This document shows positions 18,446 through 29,716 of a stretch of 64,000 nucleotides of DNA, in pieces (the first letter of the stretch is position 1; each line of letters starts with the position of its first letter). The notes under the pieces are model-generated. The model was not told the DNA's origin. It saw only the letters and a program-made list of their open reading frames with translations, and searched no databases. This DNA is from Opitutia bacterium (GTDB lineage: Bacteria > Verrucomicrobiota > Verrucomicrobiia > Opitutales > Seribacteraceae). The stretch covers positions 15,751 through 79,750 of the forward strand of contig NYYP01000011.1 in NCBI GenBank assembly GCA_002686835.1. The letters run 5' to 3'. The translations under genes and the position numbers were made by a program.

Positions 18446-20131
18446 ATGACCTCAACATTTAAGCAGACAGCCGAAGCAAATTTTCTTTGGGGACATCTCG
18501 TTGCCCGTGGCCTAGCAGATCTTGGTGTAACCTCGGTCTTTTTCTCCCCAGGTTCCCGGTCAACGCCTCTTATTATTGGATGCGAAAAGGAAAAACGATT
18601 GTCTTGTTTCCCCGCACTGGATGAAAGAACCGCCGCGTTTCTTGCCCTTGGACATGCCAAACGAACCAACCTGCCCTCCGCCCTCATTTGTACTTCTGGT
18701 TCTGCTCTTACTCATTGGTTTCCCGCCGTCACGGAGTCGTCTTATGCTGGTGTCCCCATGCTCTTATTATCCGCTGACCGCCCACCTGAATTACAGGAAT
18801 GCGGTGCTGGGCAAACCATCAACCAGCTAAATCTTTTTGGTTCTTTTGTAAGAGAGTTTTATCAATCACCATCGCCTACCTTAGAACAAGATCATATCCA
18901 TGATATGCAAAAGATTCTAGAAACTGCTTATTCCAAGTCGGTTGGATTAAATTCTGGACCTGTGCATATCAACTTTTCTTTCCGGGAACCTCTTTGGCCA
19001 ACAGTCAAGCCTTCCCCTGAACTCTTCCCATTTCCATCACTAGCCTGTAAAACTCTTTCCACGGAACATGAGTATTCTGAATCTACTGATGATTTGATTG
19101 CTTTTACACAGGCATCCCGGCCAGTAGTGATTGCCGGACTCAATGTAAACTCATCCCTATCCGAAAAATTTCAAAACATTCCCATCCTTTGCGACTCCCT
19201 GTGTGACTTACGGGAAACCGAACATCCTGCCCGAATACTCCGTTTTGAAAATCTGCTCAGATGCCCAAATTTCACAGAATCTGTAAATCCTGATCAATTT
19301 ATTGTCCTTGGACCTCTACCCACCTCCAAAACCCTGCGCTCATGGATAGAGGAATCCGGAGTACCCCGCTTGGTGATTGAACCAAGTGAAAGAAAGGTCG
19401 ACCCACTATTAGGTACAAGTCACTCAATCCGTCTGAACTTTGAGCAATTAGATCAATTGGATCTTCCTAAACCCGAGCCGGGGTGGCTGGAAAAATGGAC
19501 CGCTGCAGAACAAGTGGTTGAAGAAAAAATAGAACAGGAATTCCAGAAGAATTCCTGCGAACATGAGCCCAAAGTCGCCCGTATTCTTTCTGAGCACCTA
19601 CCCATCAAATCGCACTTTTTCTGTGCCAACAGTATGCCCATACGCGATCTGGAATGGTTTTGGAAACCTAGCAAAAAAAAGAGGCGACTGTTTGGTGCTC
19701 GCGGGGTAAATGGAATTGATGGAACCCTGGGAACTGCGATTGGCATTGCTCATCAAAGTGATCAACCCACTTACCTATTAACTGGAGAACTTGCTTTTCT
19801 TCACGACTCCAATGCTCTGCTTTTTGCTCCCGAATTGGTGGGCTCCCTTACCGTTGTTTTAATCAATAATCAGGGAGGTGGTATTTTTGAGAACCTTCCG
19901 GTTGTCAACTTACCAGAGTTTGAAAAATGTTTCGCAACGCCCCAAAACTGTGACTTTGCCAAGCTTTGCGCTGCACATTCAGTAGAATATCTTTTGCTTG
20001 AGGAAGAAACGGCACTGATCTCCCACATCTCTAATCCCCCCCCAAATGGGATTCGTGTCATTGAAATCAGGACAGATCGCAAACTAGACCGAAAAATTCG
20101 CCAAAAACTTTTGTCGCTAAAACCTTACTGA
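18446..20131 (+). CDS. menD: SEPHCHC synthase
   Basis: SPGSRSTPL, DERTAAF, RGVNGIDG and NNQGGGIF motifs. Confidence 0.95.
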   Translation: MTSTFKQTAEANFLWGHLVARGLADLGVTSVFFSPGSRSTPLIIGCEKEKRLSCFPALDERTAAFLALGHAKRTNLPSALICTSGSALTHWFPAVTESSYAGVPMLLLSADRPPELQECGAGQTINQLNLFGSFVREFYQSPSPTLEQDHIHDMQKILETAYSKSVGLNSGPVHINFSFREPLWPTVKPSPELFPFPSLACKTLSTEHEYSESTDDLIAFTQASRPVVIAGLNVNSSLSEKFQNIPILCDSLCDLRETEHPARILRFENLLRCPNFTESVNPDQFIVLGPLPTSKTLRSWIEESGVPRLVIEPSERKVDPLLGTSHSIRLNFEQLDQLDLPKPEPGWLEKWTAAEQVVEEKIEQEFQKNSCEHEPKVARILSEHLPIKSHFFCANSMPIRDLEWFWKPSKKKRRLFGARGVNGIDGTLGTAIGIAHQSDQPTYLLTGELAFLHDSNALLFAPELVGSLTVVLINNQGGGIFENLPVVNLPEFEKCFATPQNCDFAKLCAAHSVEYLLLEEETALISHISNPPPNGIRVIEIRTDRKLDRKIRQKLLSLKPY

Positions 20132-20934
20132 TGCCAGAATTAGCAGAAGTCGCATATGCCTGTTCTTTATGGAACCGCGGTCTGAGTCGTCAAATAAAGG
20201 CGGTCCATGTAAGCCCAACATCCAGGGTCTTCCGAGATGAAGACCGGAAAAGATTCAGTGCAGAGCTTGCTGGTAAGACCCTTATGAAATCGGAAACTCA
20301 TGGGAAGCAAATGCTCTTTACTTTTTCCGGTGATTATTGGCTTGGTCTGCATCTGGGGATGACGGGGTCTTTACATATAAAGGAAAAATCTCATTCCCCA
20401 CAAAAACATGATGCCCTGCTTTTATTTCAGGCAAAACAAACCCTCGTTTTTCAGGACCCCCGTCAATTTGGTCGCTTACGCATGCACAAGGGTAAACATC
20501 CACCGGACTGGTGGACTGAACAACCGGTATCGATGCTATCTCCAAAATTCACGATAGAGATTGTGGCCCATGCATTAAACCGGCACACAAAACGCCCTCT
20601 TAAAGCTCTACTGCTTGATCAAAGATATTTCCCGGGCATGGGAAATTGGATGGCAGATGAAGTGCTCTGGCGAGCAAACCTGCATCCAAATTGTCGATCA
20701 GCGATGATCGGACCCAAGGAACAAAAAAAACTTTTTTCTCAGATTCTTTTTGTGGTTCATGGGGCAATGAAATCAGTCGGTACCAAAGGAGGTGATCCAC
20801 CAAAAAAATGGTTATTTCATCAAAGATGGAAAGATGGTGGAACTTGTCCAAAATCGGGAGTAACCCTAATTAGGGAAGAAATTGGAGGCCGTACCAGTTG
20901 CTGGTCTCCAGATTTACAAAAGCTCGGAGAATAA
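20131..20934 (+). CDS. Fpg/Nei family DNA glycosylase
   Basis: N-terminal PELAEV, HGKQ, HLGMTG and H2TH motif LLDQ..FPGMGNWMADEVLW. Confidence 0.9.
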   Translation: MPELAEVAYACSLWNRGLSRQIKAVHVSPTSRVFRDEDRKRFSAELAGKTLMKSETHGKQMLFTFSGDYWLGLHLGMTGSLHIKEKSHSPQKHDALLLFQAKQTLVFQDPRQFGRLRMHKGKHPPDWWTEQPVSMLSPKFTIEIVAHALNRHTKRPLKALLLDQRYFPGMGNWMADEVLWRANLHPNCRSAMIGPKEQKKLFSQILFVVHGAMKSVGTKGGDPPKKWLFHQRWKDGGTCPKSGVTLIREEIGGRTSCWSPDLQKLGE

Positions 20935-21876
20935 ACTCCTTGCTTCGATGCAATCCTTTCTGATTTGAACAGATAGTTCCTCTACATTACAGAATTTCAT
21001 TTCTGGCCTCAGAAAGTTAAGCAGTTCCATTTCTAGCTGAGCACCCTCCTGCCATATGGAAACATCAGGTTGTTCAAGGCAGTGTATCTCCAAAACCGGG
21101 GCCTTGTGCTGTTGCTCCACGGTTGGACGAATTCCATAGTTGGCAACCGCTGGAATCTGTACTCCACTGCTCTTCTCCTTTACCATCCCAGAATAAACTG
21201 CGAAAGCCGGTCTTGCCTGTGGGCTCCACTCAACATTTAGGGTAGGAAAACCAAGGGTACGCCCCAAGGAATTACCAGAAACCACCTTTCCACTTACTAA
21301 ATAAGGCCTCCCCAGCATTTGGTTCACCTCCTTTATATTCCCTTGGGACAAGGCATGCCGGATCCGGGAACTACTCACCGGTGAATTATCCATAACAAGT
21401 GATTCCGCCACATTTACATTTACCCCATGAACCAGGCCCATTTCCACCAGCATTGAGGAGTCCCCGCCTCTGTTTTTTCCAAACCGGAAATTTTCTCCCA
21501 CCGTTATTGCCTTCAGCAATGGAATATGCTCTCTGAGAAAAGGTAGAAAATGATCCGCCTTCTGGCTGGATAAAAGATGATCAAATGGCTGAAGAATGAC
21601 CGCATCTACTCCTGCAGACAGCAAGCCTCCAGCTTTATCCAAGGCAGACATCAATAAGGGTGGTTCATTCCCAGGTCGCAGATAACTTGCCGGGTGCTGA
21701 GGAAAAGTTAAGGCAACCGAGGAACCGTTGAAGGACCGGGCTTTTTCAATAGCCAAATCCAGAACACAGCGGTGACCACAATGCACGCCATCGAACATGC
21801 CTATTGCAAGGCACACATCCTTTTCCCACTGACGACCGAAGTGGACAATCGAGTCAAAGACCCGCTCCATCATCAA
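20914..21876 (-). CDS. ribF: Riboflavin kinase / FAD synthetase
   Basis: [11 protein letters not shown], GENFRFG, SSSRIR and [10 protein letters not shown] motifs. Confidence 0.95.
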   Translation of the reverse strand: MMMERVFDSIVHFGRQWEKDVCLAIGMFDGVHCGHRCVLDLAIEKARSFNGSSVALTFPQHPASYLRPGNEPPLLMSALDKAGGLLSAGVDAVILQPFDHLLSSQKADHFLPFLREHIPLLKAITVGENFRFGKNRGGDSSMLVEMGLVHGVNVNVAESLVMDNSPVSSSRIRHALSQGNIKEVNQMLGRPYLVSGKVVSGNSLGRTLGFPTLNVEWSPQARPAFAVYSGMVKEKSSGVQIPAVANYGIRPTVEQQHKAPVLEIHCLEQPDVSIWQEGAQLEMELLNFLRPEMKFCNVEELSVQIRKDCIEARSLFSELL

Positions 21877-22604
21877 AGAACATGGGTTGGAACCGCTTCT
21901 CGAACGGGAATGAGATGCTTTTGAAACTCGCCCAGGGGAACATCATTTATTTCCTCAAGAGTGAGAGATTTTGAGATATCAAATTGATCAATTCTTGTTC
22001 GCCTGAGGCTTTGCAAATGTGCTCCGCACCCCAGTCGCTGACCAAGGTCATGCACCACCGTACGGACATAGGTACCCTTACTACAGTCCATAAAAAATTT
22101 ACCAACTGGCGAGTCCCAAGTCTTCAATTTCAATTCATTTATGCGAACAAAGCGGGGTTCCCGTTCAACGGTTTTCCCCTTACGGGCCATCTTGTATAAG
22201 GGCACTCCGTCTATCTTTTTGGCAGAAAACATCGGAGGGGTCTGATACTGATCTCCTAAAAATCCAGCCATCTCCTTAATCAATTGCTCTTCTGACAATC
22301 CTTCAGGCAAAGGCTTTTCAGTAACCACTTCCCCGTCCGCATCCTGACTGTCGGTTTCTACGCCCAGTAAAAATGTTCCTTCATAGGCTTTATCCAAACT
22401 GATTAAAAATTGGGATACTTTAGTCGCCTTGCCAACCAGCATAATGAGTAGTCCTGTGGCGAGTGGATCCAGGGTTCCCGCATGACCGATCTTTTTCATT
22501 CTTAACTTCCGGCGCAACCTATCCACCACATCATGGGAAGTAATGCCCTGGGGTTTATCCACAAGGAGGATCCCCTCAAAATCAACATCCTGTCTTGTAC
22601 TCAT
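21873..22604 (-). CDS. truB: tRNA pseudouridine(55) synthase
   Basis: DKPxGITSHD, [12 protein letters not shown] and CSKGTYVR motifs. Confidence 0.97.
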   Translation of the reverse strand: MSTRQDVDFEGILLVDKPQGITSHDVVDRLRRKLRMKKIGHAGTLDPLATGLLIMLVGKATKVSQFLISLDKAYEGTFLLGVETDSQDADGEVVTEKPLPEGLSEEQLIKEMAGFLGDQYQTPPMFSAKKIDGVPLYKMARKGKTVEREPRFVRINELKLKTWDSPVGKFFMDCSKGTYVRTVVHDLGQRLGCGAHLQSLRRTRIDQFDISKSLTLEEINDVPLGEFQKHLIPVREAVPTHVL

Positions 22605-23602
22605 CCTGCCTTTGTATTTCCTGTCAGTTCGAGGTGCTTACCGATCGCATCTATTAGATTAGGGTAAAAAGTATCAATGGAACCCTCCACATTGAAACCC
22701 GCGGCACATGCATGCCCGCCTCCATTAAATTCCTTGGCCAAAATATCGACACGCAAACTGTCATTTTTTGCCCGAAAACTTCCCTTAATTTTACCATCTC
22801 GCTCTTCCAGTAATACCCCGATCTCCACCCCATCCAAAGAACGGGCATAATCAACAAAGTTTTCCGCGTCCTCAGGTTTGGTTCCGGTCTCGGTGTAGTA
22901 CTTGCCTAAAACAGAGCCAATACAAACACGGTCATCATATTCCATTTTGAAACTGGCAAGAAAACGCTGGAGAAGCTGGATGCGGCCGGGTTTTTCTTTT
23001 TCGTAAAGTTCGTGTGCAATCCCTGAAGGACTGGCTCCCGCCTCACAAAGCAAACGGCAAACTTCAAATACCGAGGCATTGGTTGCGGAATAACAAAACT
23101 GGCCAGTATCCGTGCAAATCCCAAGGTAAAGTGCTTCGGCAGTGGTCTGATCCACCTCATAACCCGAGTCAAAAAAGAACTTAGCCAAAATTTCTCCGGT
23201 GGCAGAGGCATCAGAGAGAATAAAGTTTTCTTCACCATAATTCGTATTCGACACATGATGATCAATATTGAGATCAACCTTGGGGAATCGTTTACTCAAA
23301 GTATCTCCCACCCGACACTTATCTGCACAATCAACCGTAATTACTTGATATTCGCCCTCCCCCACTTGATCCGGAGAATAAAACGGAGTATCTCCCACAA
23401 ACTTTTGCAGGGTACGGGGAATTGGGTCTTCATTAACCGCCCGAGCGTCTTTTCCCAGAGATAAGAGGATGCGGGTAAGTGCAACCTGGGAACCAATACA
23501 ATCTCCATCGGGCCGCCTGTGCCCTAGCACGAGAATTGGAAGTTCGTTGAGGTTGGAAATTGCCTCAGCAAAAGATACAGATTCGTTCAGAAATAATGGC
23601 AT
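22601..23602 (-). CDS. nrnA: DHH/DHHA1 oligoribonuclease / pAp phosphatase
   Basis: HxxPDGD, IDHH, TDTG and GGGHxxAAG motifs; upstream of truB-ribF. Confidence 0.88.
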   Translation of the reverse strand: MPLFLNESVSFAEAISNLNELPILVLGHRRPDGDCIGSQVALTRILLSLGKDARAVNEDPIPRTLQKFVGDTPFYSPDQVGEGEYQVITVDCADKCRVGDTLSKRFPKVDLNIDHHVSNTNYGEENFILSDASATGEILAKFFFDSGYEVDQTTAEALYLGICTDTGQFCYSATNASVFEVCRLLCEAGASPSGIAHELYEKEKPGRIQLLQRFLASFKMEYDDRVCIGSVLGKYYTETGTKPEDAENFVDYARSLDGVEIGVLLEERDGKIKGSFRAKNDSLRVDILAKEFNGGGHACAAGFNVEGSIDTFYPNLIDAIGKHLELTGNTKAG

Positions 23603-23605
23603 GAA

Positions 23606-23632
23606 ATTATAACAAAAGTAAGGATTATAGCA
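23606..23632 (-). promoter_or_regulatory. Two tandem extended -10 boxes upstream of nrnA
   Basis: TGCTATAAT and TGTTATAAT on the minus strand, 18 nt apart. Confidence 0.45.
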
Positions 23633-23660
23633 TATGTATTCAGGCAGGAAAAGCTTGGAA

Positions 23661-24389
23661 CTAATTTCCTTTTTTATTCAGAAATCCATCTTTATCTAAT
23701 GAAACCTGCGGTAGATTTTCGGGCTCCTTAATTCCGTTCAAAACAAACTCTCCATCCTTAATGTAATAACTGTATCCAGGCAGCATCCTCCCCCACGTGC
23801 CCTTCCTGTTTCCTTGCTGGGCCGTCTGGGCATCGCTCTCATCGGGAAGTTGCAGGGCAACCAAACCATTTTGACTGGTAGCTAGCCCATCCACCAAATG
23901 GCATTCAACCCCTTCATCTCTGGTAATCGTTTGCCAGCTCCCATCCTCATTTTGCTCGAAACCAAATCCAGAAAGTAAGGGAAACCAGGGAAACCACTGC
24001 TCCATCCATGTTTGATCTCCCATGCAAATCCTAAGCTTTGGATGATCGATCAGATTGGTCTGTTTGAGACGCATCCAATTCACCCATGGCAAGATCACGA
24101 ATTCTTCCGGTTGATTAATAACATCCTGAACCAACTGCATCCATTTACCAAAAGGCTCTGAAAATTCTCTGGAATAATTTTTTTCCAGAAAATGGCTTCT
24201 CGAAATTACACATCCGTTCCTATCCTTAAGAAGAATACCTTTGGTTGAGCGTAAAATTTGTTTTCTCAGGTTTTGGGACATTTCCTCAGCATTTCCCAAT
24301 CTTTGATGAAAGGACTCCCTACCCAATTGCAAAACAGCCTGTCGGACGGACTCTGGCGTCGCCTGCTCCGGGTCTATGGGATGCCCCAC
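23661..24389 (-). CDS. C-terminal part of LplT/Aas-like protein (degenerate AMP-binding remnant)
   Basis: In frame with the upstream ORF after a single TAA. GTWGRMLPG and DKDGFL resemble acyl-ACP synthetase motifs. Confidence 0.55.
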   Translation of the reverse strand: MGHPIDPEQATPESVRQAVLQLGRESFHQRLGNAEEMSQNLRKQILRSTKGILLKDRNGCVISRSHFLEKNYSREFSEPFGKWMQLVQDVINQPEEFVILPWVNWMRLKQTNLIDHPKLRICMGDQTWMEQWFPWFPLLSGFGFEQNEDGSWQTITRDEGVECHLVDGLATSQNGLVALQLPDESDAQTAQQGNRKGTWGRMLPGYSYYIKDGEFVLNGIKEPENLPQVSLDKDGFLNKKGN

Positions 24390-24428
24390 ATATACCGATA
24401 CCCGATAAGGGAAAGACTCGGGTGTCTT

Positions 24429-26129
24429 TTAAAAAAAACAACCACCCTTGTTGCTGTAAATGCTACCCCAAACTCTGTCCAAAAAGGTCGGAATAATTGG
24501 AGCTTTGGCAGATTTGGCCAATAAAATTGAACCTCGCATAAATGACAGAGTTACCCCAATTCTAGAAATCCCTCCCTCAGCAAAAAGGCACAGTGGCGTC
24601 CCTTCCCCGAGTCTTTTGATTGATTGCTTTACAGAAGCCAATGGACCAGAGGATGAAACTGTCAGGGTGTCAGTCAGACGGAATACTGCTTTCATCAACC
24701 GGGATCTGGATAGTTCCTTATGGGCCAAATATCTTACTTTTCGGGGAAATGCAGCACCAATGAATACGGGATCCGCATAGGATAAATGATTACTGACAAT
24801 CAATGCACCCCCACGTTCAGGAAAATTTTGCATCCCCCTGATCTCGATTCGATAAAAAATCCGCAGAATCATATGAAAAAAAGAACGGAGAAGGTCTTCA
24901 AACAAAAAGGTTCCAACTAACACCGCCATTAACCCAAGGGGAAAAAGTAAGATCAAAATCTCTAGTTTTGCCCCAGCACCGAATCCATTTACCAACCATA
25001 TATGTACACCGATCAGAAGTACCCCTCCTAACTGGGTCAGTAAATTGGAAGCGGCCAGTACCCGCCCCCGTTCCTTGGGCTCTACCTGATCCTGCAAATA
25101 TCCATTCAAGGGAACAAAAAATAAAGCACCGAAAAAACCCAGGGATGCACAGCAGACTTCAAACATTCTTCCCAACGCAGGGAAAAAATAAACGCCTGCC
25201 AGGCTAAATGTCATGCCGAGCAGTCCAAGAGGACTGAGACCAACCTCCACCCTTCCCTTATTCAGGTAGGCGGCAAACAAAGCCCCTGCCATAATCCCGA
25301 CACCCAACAAGAGAAACCAGTAGCCATAAAGACTGCCCATGCCCACATTACCCTCAGTTACTTCTCCTGAAAGTCTCACTAAAACCAGGTAGAAAAATCC
25401 TCCCACTGACCAGAAGCATGCATCCCCAAGAGCAGCCCATCGAAGTCTGTTATTCCTAAGTAAATTTCTCAAGTCATGGAAATGACCAAAGAGCAGATTA
25501 ATACGAAAGGGAGCTTTATGAATTAATCCGGTCGCAGGAGTGGGCAGATTGACCAACCATGAAAGAAGAGCCAAAGCCAAAATGATCCACACAATCTGTT
25601 GAGCCGCCCCCCATCCACTCAGGCTCCCAACAAATTGATCAAATAAAACCGCACCTGTGAACGCACCGGCAAGTATCCCCACCACCGAGAGCATTTCCAT
25701 CCAGCCCACCGCCTTGCCCAGTTTTTCGTAACCCACAATTTCTTTGAGAATTCCTTTTTTTGCCGGAGATAAAAAAGTGGACTGAGTGGAAAGCAGGAAA
25801 AAACCAATCAGTGCGCACAGTAATGATTGGAAAGAAATACCTAAAAGAATGACTGCCAGTGCCAAGAGCTGAGAAAAAAGACTGACTCCAATCACTCGCC
25901 TCTTGGAAAACCGGTCCGAAACCCATCCGGCTAATGGAGCAAATAAAATGAAGGGTAGAATCAAAAGCAGGGATGCCCACTGGTTAATCTGATCCATGCT
26001 TTCCTTCCCGAAATAAAAAGCAGCCAGAACAGGAAGGAATGCCTTAACTGCATTGTCATTGAATGCCCCTAGAGTCTGAGCAAGTAACAGGGGGACGATC
26101 CGGCCAAATTTATCTTTCTGGCAAATCAT
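24429..26129 (-). CDS. MFS lysophospholipid transporter fused to PlsC acyltransferase (LplT/Aas-like), ends at a premature stop
   Basis: GAFNDN and LPFILFAPLAGWVSDRFSK MFS motifs; NHLSYAD and FAEG acyltransferase motifs. Confidence 0.85.
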   Translation of the reverse strand: MICQKDKFGRIVPLLLAQTLGAFNDNAVKAFLPVLAAFYFGKESMDQINQWASLLLILPFILFAPLAGWVSDRFSKRRVIGVSLFSQLLALAVILLGISFQSLLCALIGFFLLSTQSTFLSPAKKGILKEIVGYEKLGKAVGWMEMLSVVGILAGAFTGAVLFDQFVGSLSGWGAAQQIVWIILALALLSWLVNLPTPATGLIHKAPFRINLLFGHFHDLRNLLRNNRLRWAALGDACFWSVGGFFYLVLVRLSGEVTEGNVGMGSLYGYWFLLLGVGIMAGALFAAYLNKGRVEVGLSPLGLLGMTFSLAGVYFFPALGRMFEVCCASLGFFGALFFVPLNGYLQDQVEPKERGRVLAASNLLTQLGGVLLIGVHIWLVNGFGAGAKLEILILLFPLGLMAVLVGTFLFEDLLRSFFHMILRIFYRIEIRGMQNFPERGGALIVSNHLSYADPVFIGAAFPRKVRYLAHKELSRSRLMKAVFRLTDTLTVSSSGPLASVKQSIKRLGEGTPLCLFAEGGISRIGVTLSFMRGSILLAKSAKAPIIPTFLDRVWGSIYSNKGGCFF

Positions 26130-26230
26130 GATATGCCACAAACATTTCTTCCCCGCGAACTGTAATCCTTTTATCCATCTGTTATTGATTTGTGATTGAT
26201 GAAGAAAGCAAAAGCAATGAATGTCGAGAA

Positions 26231-27736
26231 ATGAAGCGTTTAATTTTCTTTTTGTCCCTCCTTCTGATCAGCCCTCAGGTCTTCGCCAAGAGACCCAATA
26301 TCCTGTTCATTTTCTCCGATGATCATGCCTATCAGGCAATTTCCGCCTACGGATCCAACCGGAATAAAACCCCCAATTTGGACCGTATCGCCAATGAGGG
26401 AATGCGGTTTGACCGTGCCTTTGTCACCAATTCTATTTGTGCCCCCAGTCGGGCAGTTGTTCTAACAGGCAAGCACAGCCACCTAAATGGACAACTCACC
26501 AACATGGAAACCTTTGACGGCTCCCAGCAAACTTTTCCCAAACTCCTGCAAAAAGCAGGTTATCAGACCGCACTCTTTGGGAAGTGGCACCTAAAAAGCA
26601 GTCCCACCGGATTTGATTCCTGGGAAGTGCTCCGCGGTCAGGGTCCGTATTACAACCCACTGTTTCTCACTAAAAAGGGAAGAAAAAATATCACCGGATA
26701 TACCACTGACATCATTACGGACCGCACCCTCAATTGGCTCAAGAACGAGCGTGACAAAGAGAAGCCTTTTTTCCTTTGCTCCTGGCACAAGGCTCCCCAC
26801 CGCAACTGGTTACCTGCACCCAAATACATAAGTAAATACAATGACCGAGATATCCCGGAACCGGAAACCCTGCGGGATGCTTACCGAAACCGGTTATCTC
26901 CCGCATCTTCTCAGACGATGACCATCGACAAACATATGAAGGATGACTGGGATTTTAAATTAACTCCACCCAGGGAATTAAATGAGGAGCAAAAGAAAAT
27001 TTGGAATGCTGCCTATGAGCCCAAAAACCAAGCTTTCCATGAGGCAAAGTTGGAAGGGGATGATCTCCTCCGATGGAAATATCAGCGTTATGCCAAGGAT
27101 TACCTCAGATGTATCGACTCAGTGGATGAAAACATTGGCCGTCTCCTTGATTATCTTGATCAAGGGGGATTGGCGGAGAATACCATAGTGATCTATTCCT
27201 CTGACCAGGGCTGGTACTTAGGAGAACATGGCTGGTATGATAAGCGATGGATGTATGAGGAATCCTTCCGCACCCCCCTTCTGGTCCGCTGGCCCGGCAC
27301 TATCCGTCCTGGCAGTGTCAACATGGACCTCGTACAAAACCTGGATTATGCCCAGACCTTTCTTGATATCTGCGGAGCCAAACAGCCAGTAGACATGCAG
27401 GGAAAATCTCTGCTTCCTTTACTGAAGGGAGAAACCCCTGAGGATTGGAGAGAATCGATCTACTATCACTATTACGAATTCCCAGGCTATCATAATGTCC
27501 GCAGGCATTACGGCGTTCGCAACCACCGCTACAAGCTGATTCATTTCTACATGATCGACGGGTGGGAATTATACGACCTACAAAACGACCCCAATGAATT
27601 GAACTCCGTCTACGGAAAACCTGCCTATGCTAAAGTTACTGAAGAAATGAAAAAAGAACTTTCCCGGTTAAGAAAAGAATATCAGGTTCCAGAAGATAAA
27701 CGTCCTTTACCCAAAAAAATCAGAAAACTTTACTAA
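26231..27736 (+). CDS. Secreted formylglycine-dependent sulfatase (GlcNAc-6-sulfatase-like)
   Basis: Signal peptide; SDDH, CAPSRA, GKWHL and SDQG motifs. Confidence 0.93.
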   Translation: MKRLIFFLSLLLISPQVFAKRPNILFIFSDDHAYQAISAYGSNRNKTPNLDRIANEGMRFDRAFVTNSICAPSRAVVLTGKHSHLNGQLTNMETFDGSQQTFPKLLQKAGYQTALFGKWHLKSSPTGFDSWEVLRGQGPYYNPLFLTKKGRKNITGYTTDIITDRTLNWLKNERDKEKPFFLCSWHKAPHRNWLPAPKYISKYNDRDIPEPETLRDAYRNRLSPASSQTMTIDKHMKDDWDFKLTPPRELNEEQKKIWNAAYEPKNQAFHEAKLEGDDLLRWKYQRYAKDYLRCIDSVDENIGRLLDYLDQGGLAENTIVIYSSDQGWYLGEHGWYDKRWMYEESFRTPLLVRWPGTIRPGSVNMDLVQNLDYAQTFLDICGAKQPVDMQGKSLLPLLKGETPEDWRESIYYHYYEFPGYHNVRRHYGVRNHRYKLIHFYMIDGWELYDLQNDPNELNSVYGKPAYAKVTEEMKKELSRLRKEYQVPEDKRPLPKKIRKLY

Positions 27737-28029
27737 GAACAAGTAGCTGAAAGATTTTCAATGGCCCGGGCCAGATCGATATCTTTCCGGGTAACCTTAC
27801 CTCCTGCATCGTGCGTATTAAGACCAATCTCCAGCCGGTTATAGCAATTGAAAACTTCAGGATGGTGATTCATTGCTTCAGCCTCATAAGAAATCCTTAG
27901 AAAAAATGCCATTGCTTCCCTGAAATCAGAAAATTGGAAGGATTTTTTCAATTTATCCTCACTAAATTCCCAGCCATTTAAATTCGCAAGTGAATGTTTA
28001 ATTTCATTTTCATTTAATGGTTTAGACAT
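27733..28029 (-). CDS. phhB: Pterin-4-alpha-carbinolamine dehydratase
   Basis: AEAMNHHPE and [12 protein letters not shown] motifs. Confidence 0.9.
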   Translation of the reverse strand: MSKPLNENEIKHSLANLNGWEFSEDKLKKSFQFSDFREAMAFFLRISYEAEAMNHHPEVFNCYNRLEIGLNTHDAGGKVTRKDIDLARAIENLSATCS

Positions 28030-28109
28030 GGTTTGAATTTGCTAGTCCGTGCTTTCCTCGTTGTCAATCGATCGCTTAGCGGTTGAGATAGGTAAATTCT
28101 CCTTTTTTG

Positions 28110-28859
28110 ATGAATCAGTTATCGCCCGAAGAAAAAAATAATCTTCCCCGCCATGTCGCCTTGATCATGGACGGTAATGGTCGTTGGGCAAAATCTCGCA
28201 GGATGCCACGATTGTTCGGTCATCGAAAAGGGGTGGAAAATGTACGGTCTGTTGTCAATACCGCCAAGGAAGTTGGTGTTCCCTACATCACCCTCTATGC
28301 TTTTAGTACGGAGAACCAGAACCGACCCAGGGAAGAAAAGTCTGGCTTAATGAAATTATTGGAGGAATTTCTAAAGAAAGAGATAAGATCAATGATGGAA
28401 GATGGAATCCGCCTCCGGGCCATTGGGGACCTTTCGGGACTACCAGATTTTGCCCGCGACATTGTGGAGAATACCATTGAACAAACCAAAGGGAATAAAA
28501 ACTGGAACCTCACCCTAGCCTTAAATTACGGGAGTCGGCAGGAAGTTCTACGAGCCATAGCCCGGTATAATAGGGATCATTCATCCACTCCCCACCTACC
28601 CAAATGGGACGATTTCTCCCCCTATCTTGAAACTGGTGACCTTCCAGACCCGGACTTGATTATTCGCACGTCAGGAGAATTCCGCCTAAGCAACTTTTTA
28701 CTTTTGCAGGCAGCATACGCGGAAATTTTTGTTTCGCCCCTACATTGGCCGGACTTTGATCGGAATGCCTTTATCGAGGCATTGGCAAACTATGCACGAC
28801 GGGAGCGAAGGTTTGGGAAAACCAGCGAACAAATTCATCAACCTATTCATACTTCATGA
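28110..28859 (+). CDS. uppS: Undecaprenyl diphosphate synthase
   Basis: HVALIMDGNGRWA, FSTEN and IRTSGExRLSNFLL motifs. Confidence 0.97.
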   Translation: MNQLSPEEKNNLPRHVALIMDGNGRWAKSRRMPRLFGHRKGVENVRSVVNTAKEVGVPYITLYAFSTENQNRPREEKSGLMKLLEEFLKKEIRSMMEDGIRLRAIGDLSGLPDFARDIVENTIEQTKGNKNWNLTLALNYGSRQEVLRAIARYNRDHSSTPHLPKWDDFSPYLETGDLPDPDLIIRTSGEFRLSNFLLLQAAYAEIFVSPLHWPDFDRNAFIEALANYARRERRFGKTSEQIHQPIHTS

Positions 28860-29716
28860 TTTTAAGAACCATCGCCACCATCATTCTATGGGGATTACTC
28901 GGGGCCATTGTATATGGATTAAAAGAGCCCGGTGCAATGTGGATCCTCAACCTTTGTGCCACCCTTACACTTTTCGAGGTATACACTATACTCGGTCGAA
29001 TTGGCTATGCCGCTAACCGTATTACTGGTCTGGTTACCGGTGCCTGCATGATTCCAATTGCTTTCTATTTTCCCGGTGCGGGAATTGATGCCTTGGCAGT
29101 GGGTGCCCTCTTTTCATCCGCCGCCTGCGTGGTTTTCCCGCAAGATCAGCGGAGCCTCTATGTAAAACGCCTATTACCCACCTTTTTCGGTCTACTCTTC
29201 GTTACCTTTCTGTTGCATTATTTTGTGCGTATACTCCGCCTGACCGATGCACCTGAAAATCCAGAGGCAATCGGATTTGGACTCTTTTTCTGCCTCTGGA
29301 TTGTACTGGTTGCGAAATTCAGTGACATTGGTGCACTGCTAGTTGGAAAAACCATAGGGCGAACCAAGATGGCCCCATCCATAAGCCCAGGAAAGACAGT
29401 GGAAGGATTGCTCGGAGGGCTTGGTGCATCTGCTGGTATTGGTGCCTTGATCCCTTGGTTGGCAAACGATCATCTCGCTCATTTATTTGATTTTGGAAGG
29501 TGGACTTTTGAGGCATCTCAGGGAGCATGGTGGGGGTTAATCATTGCCATCGTTGCAGTGATTGGAGATTTAATCGCATCTGTACTTAAACGATTGGCTG
29601 GAATGAAAGATTCCGGCGGATCCATCCCAGGAATCGGGGGACTTCTTGACTTAACTGACAGTCTGATCCTGTCTGCACCAACTGGATATTTTATTGTTTT
29701 ACTGCTTCATCCATGA
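28856..29716 (+). CDS. cdsA: Phosphatidate cytidylyltransferase
   Basis: Hydrophobic protein; SPGKTVEG and KDSG..IPGIGGLLDLTDS motifs. Confidence 0.93.
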   Translation: MILRTIATIILWGLLGAIVYGLKEPGAMWILNLCATLTLFEVYTILGRIGYAANRITGLVTGACMIPIAFYFPGAGIDALAVGALFSSAACVVFPQDQRSLYVKRLLPTFFGLLFVTFLLHYFVRILRLTDAPENPEAIGFGLFFCLWIVLVAKFSDIGALLVGKTIGRTKMAPSISPGKTVEGLLGGLGASAGIGALIPWLANDHLAHLFDFGRWTFEASQGAWWGLIIAIVAVIGDLIASVLKRLAGMKDSGGSIPGIGGLLDLTDSLILSAPTGYFIVLLLHP

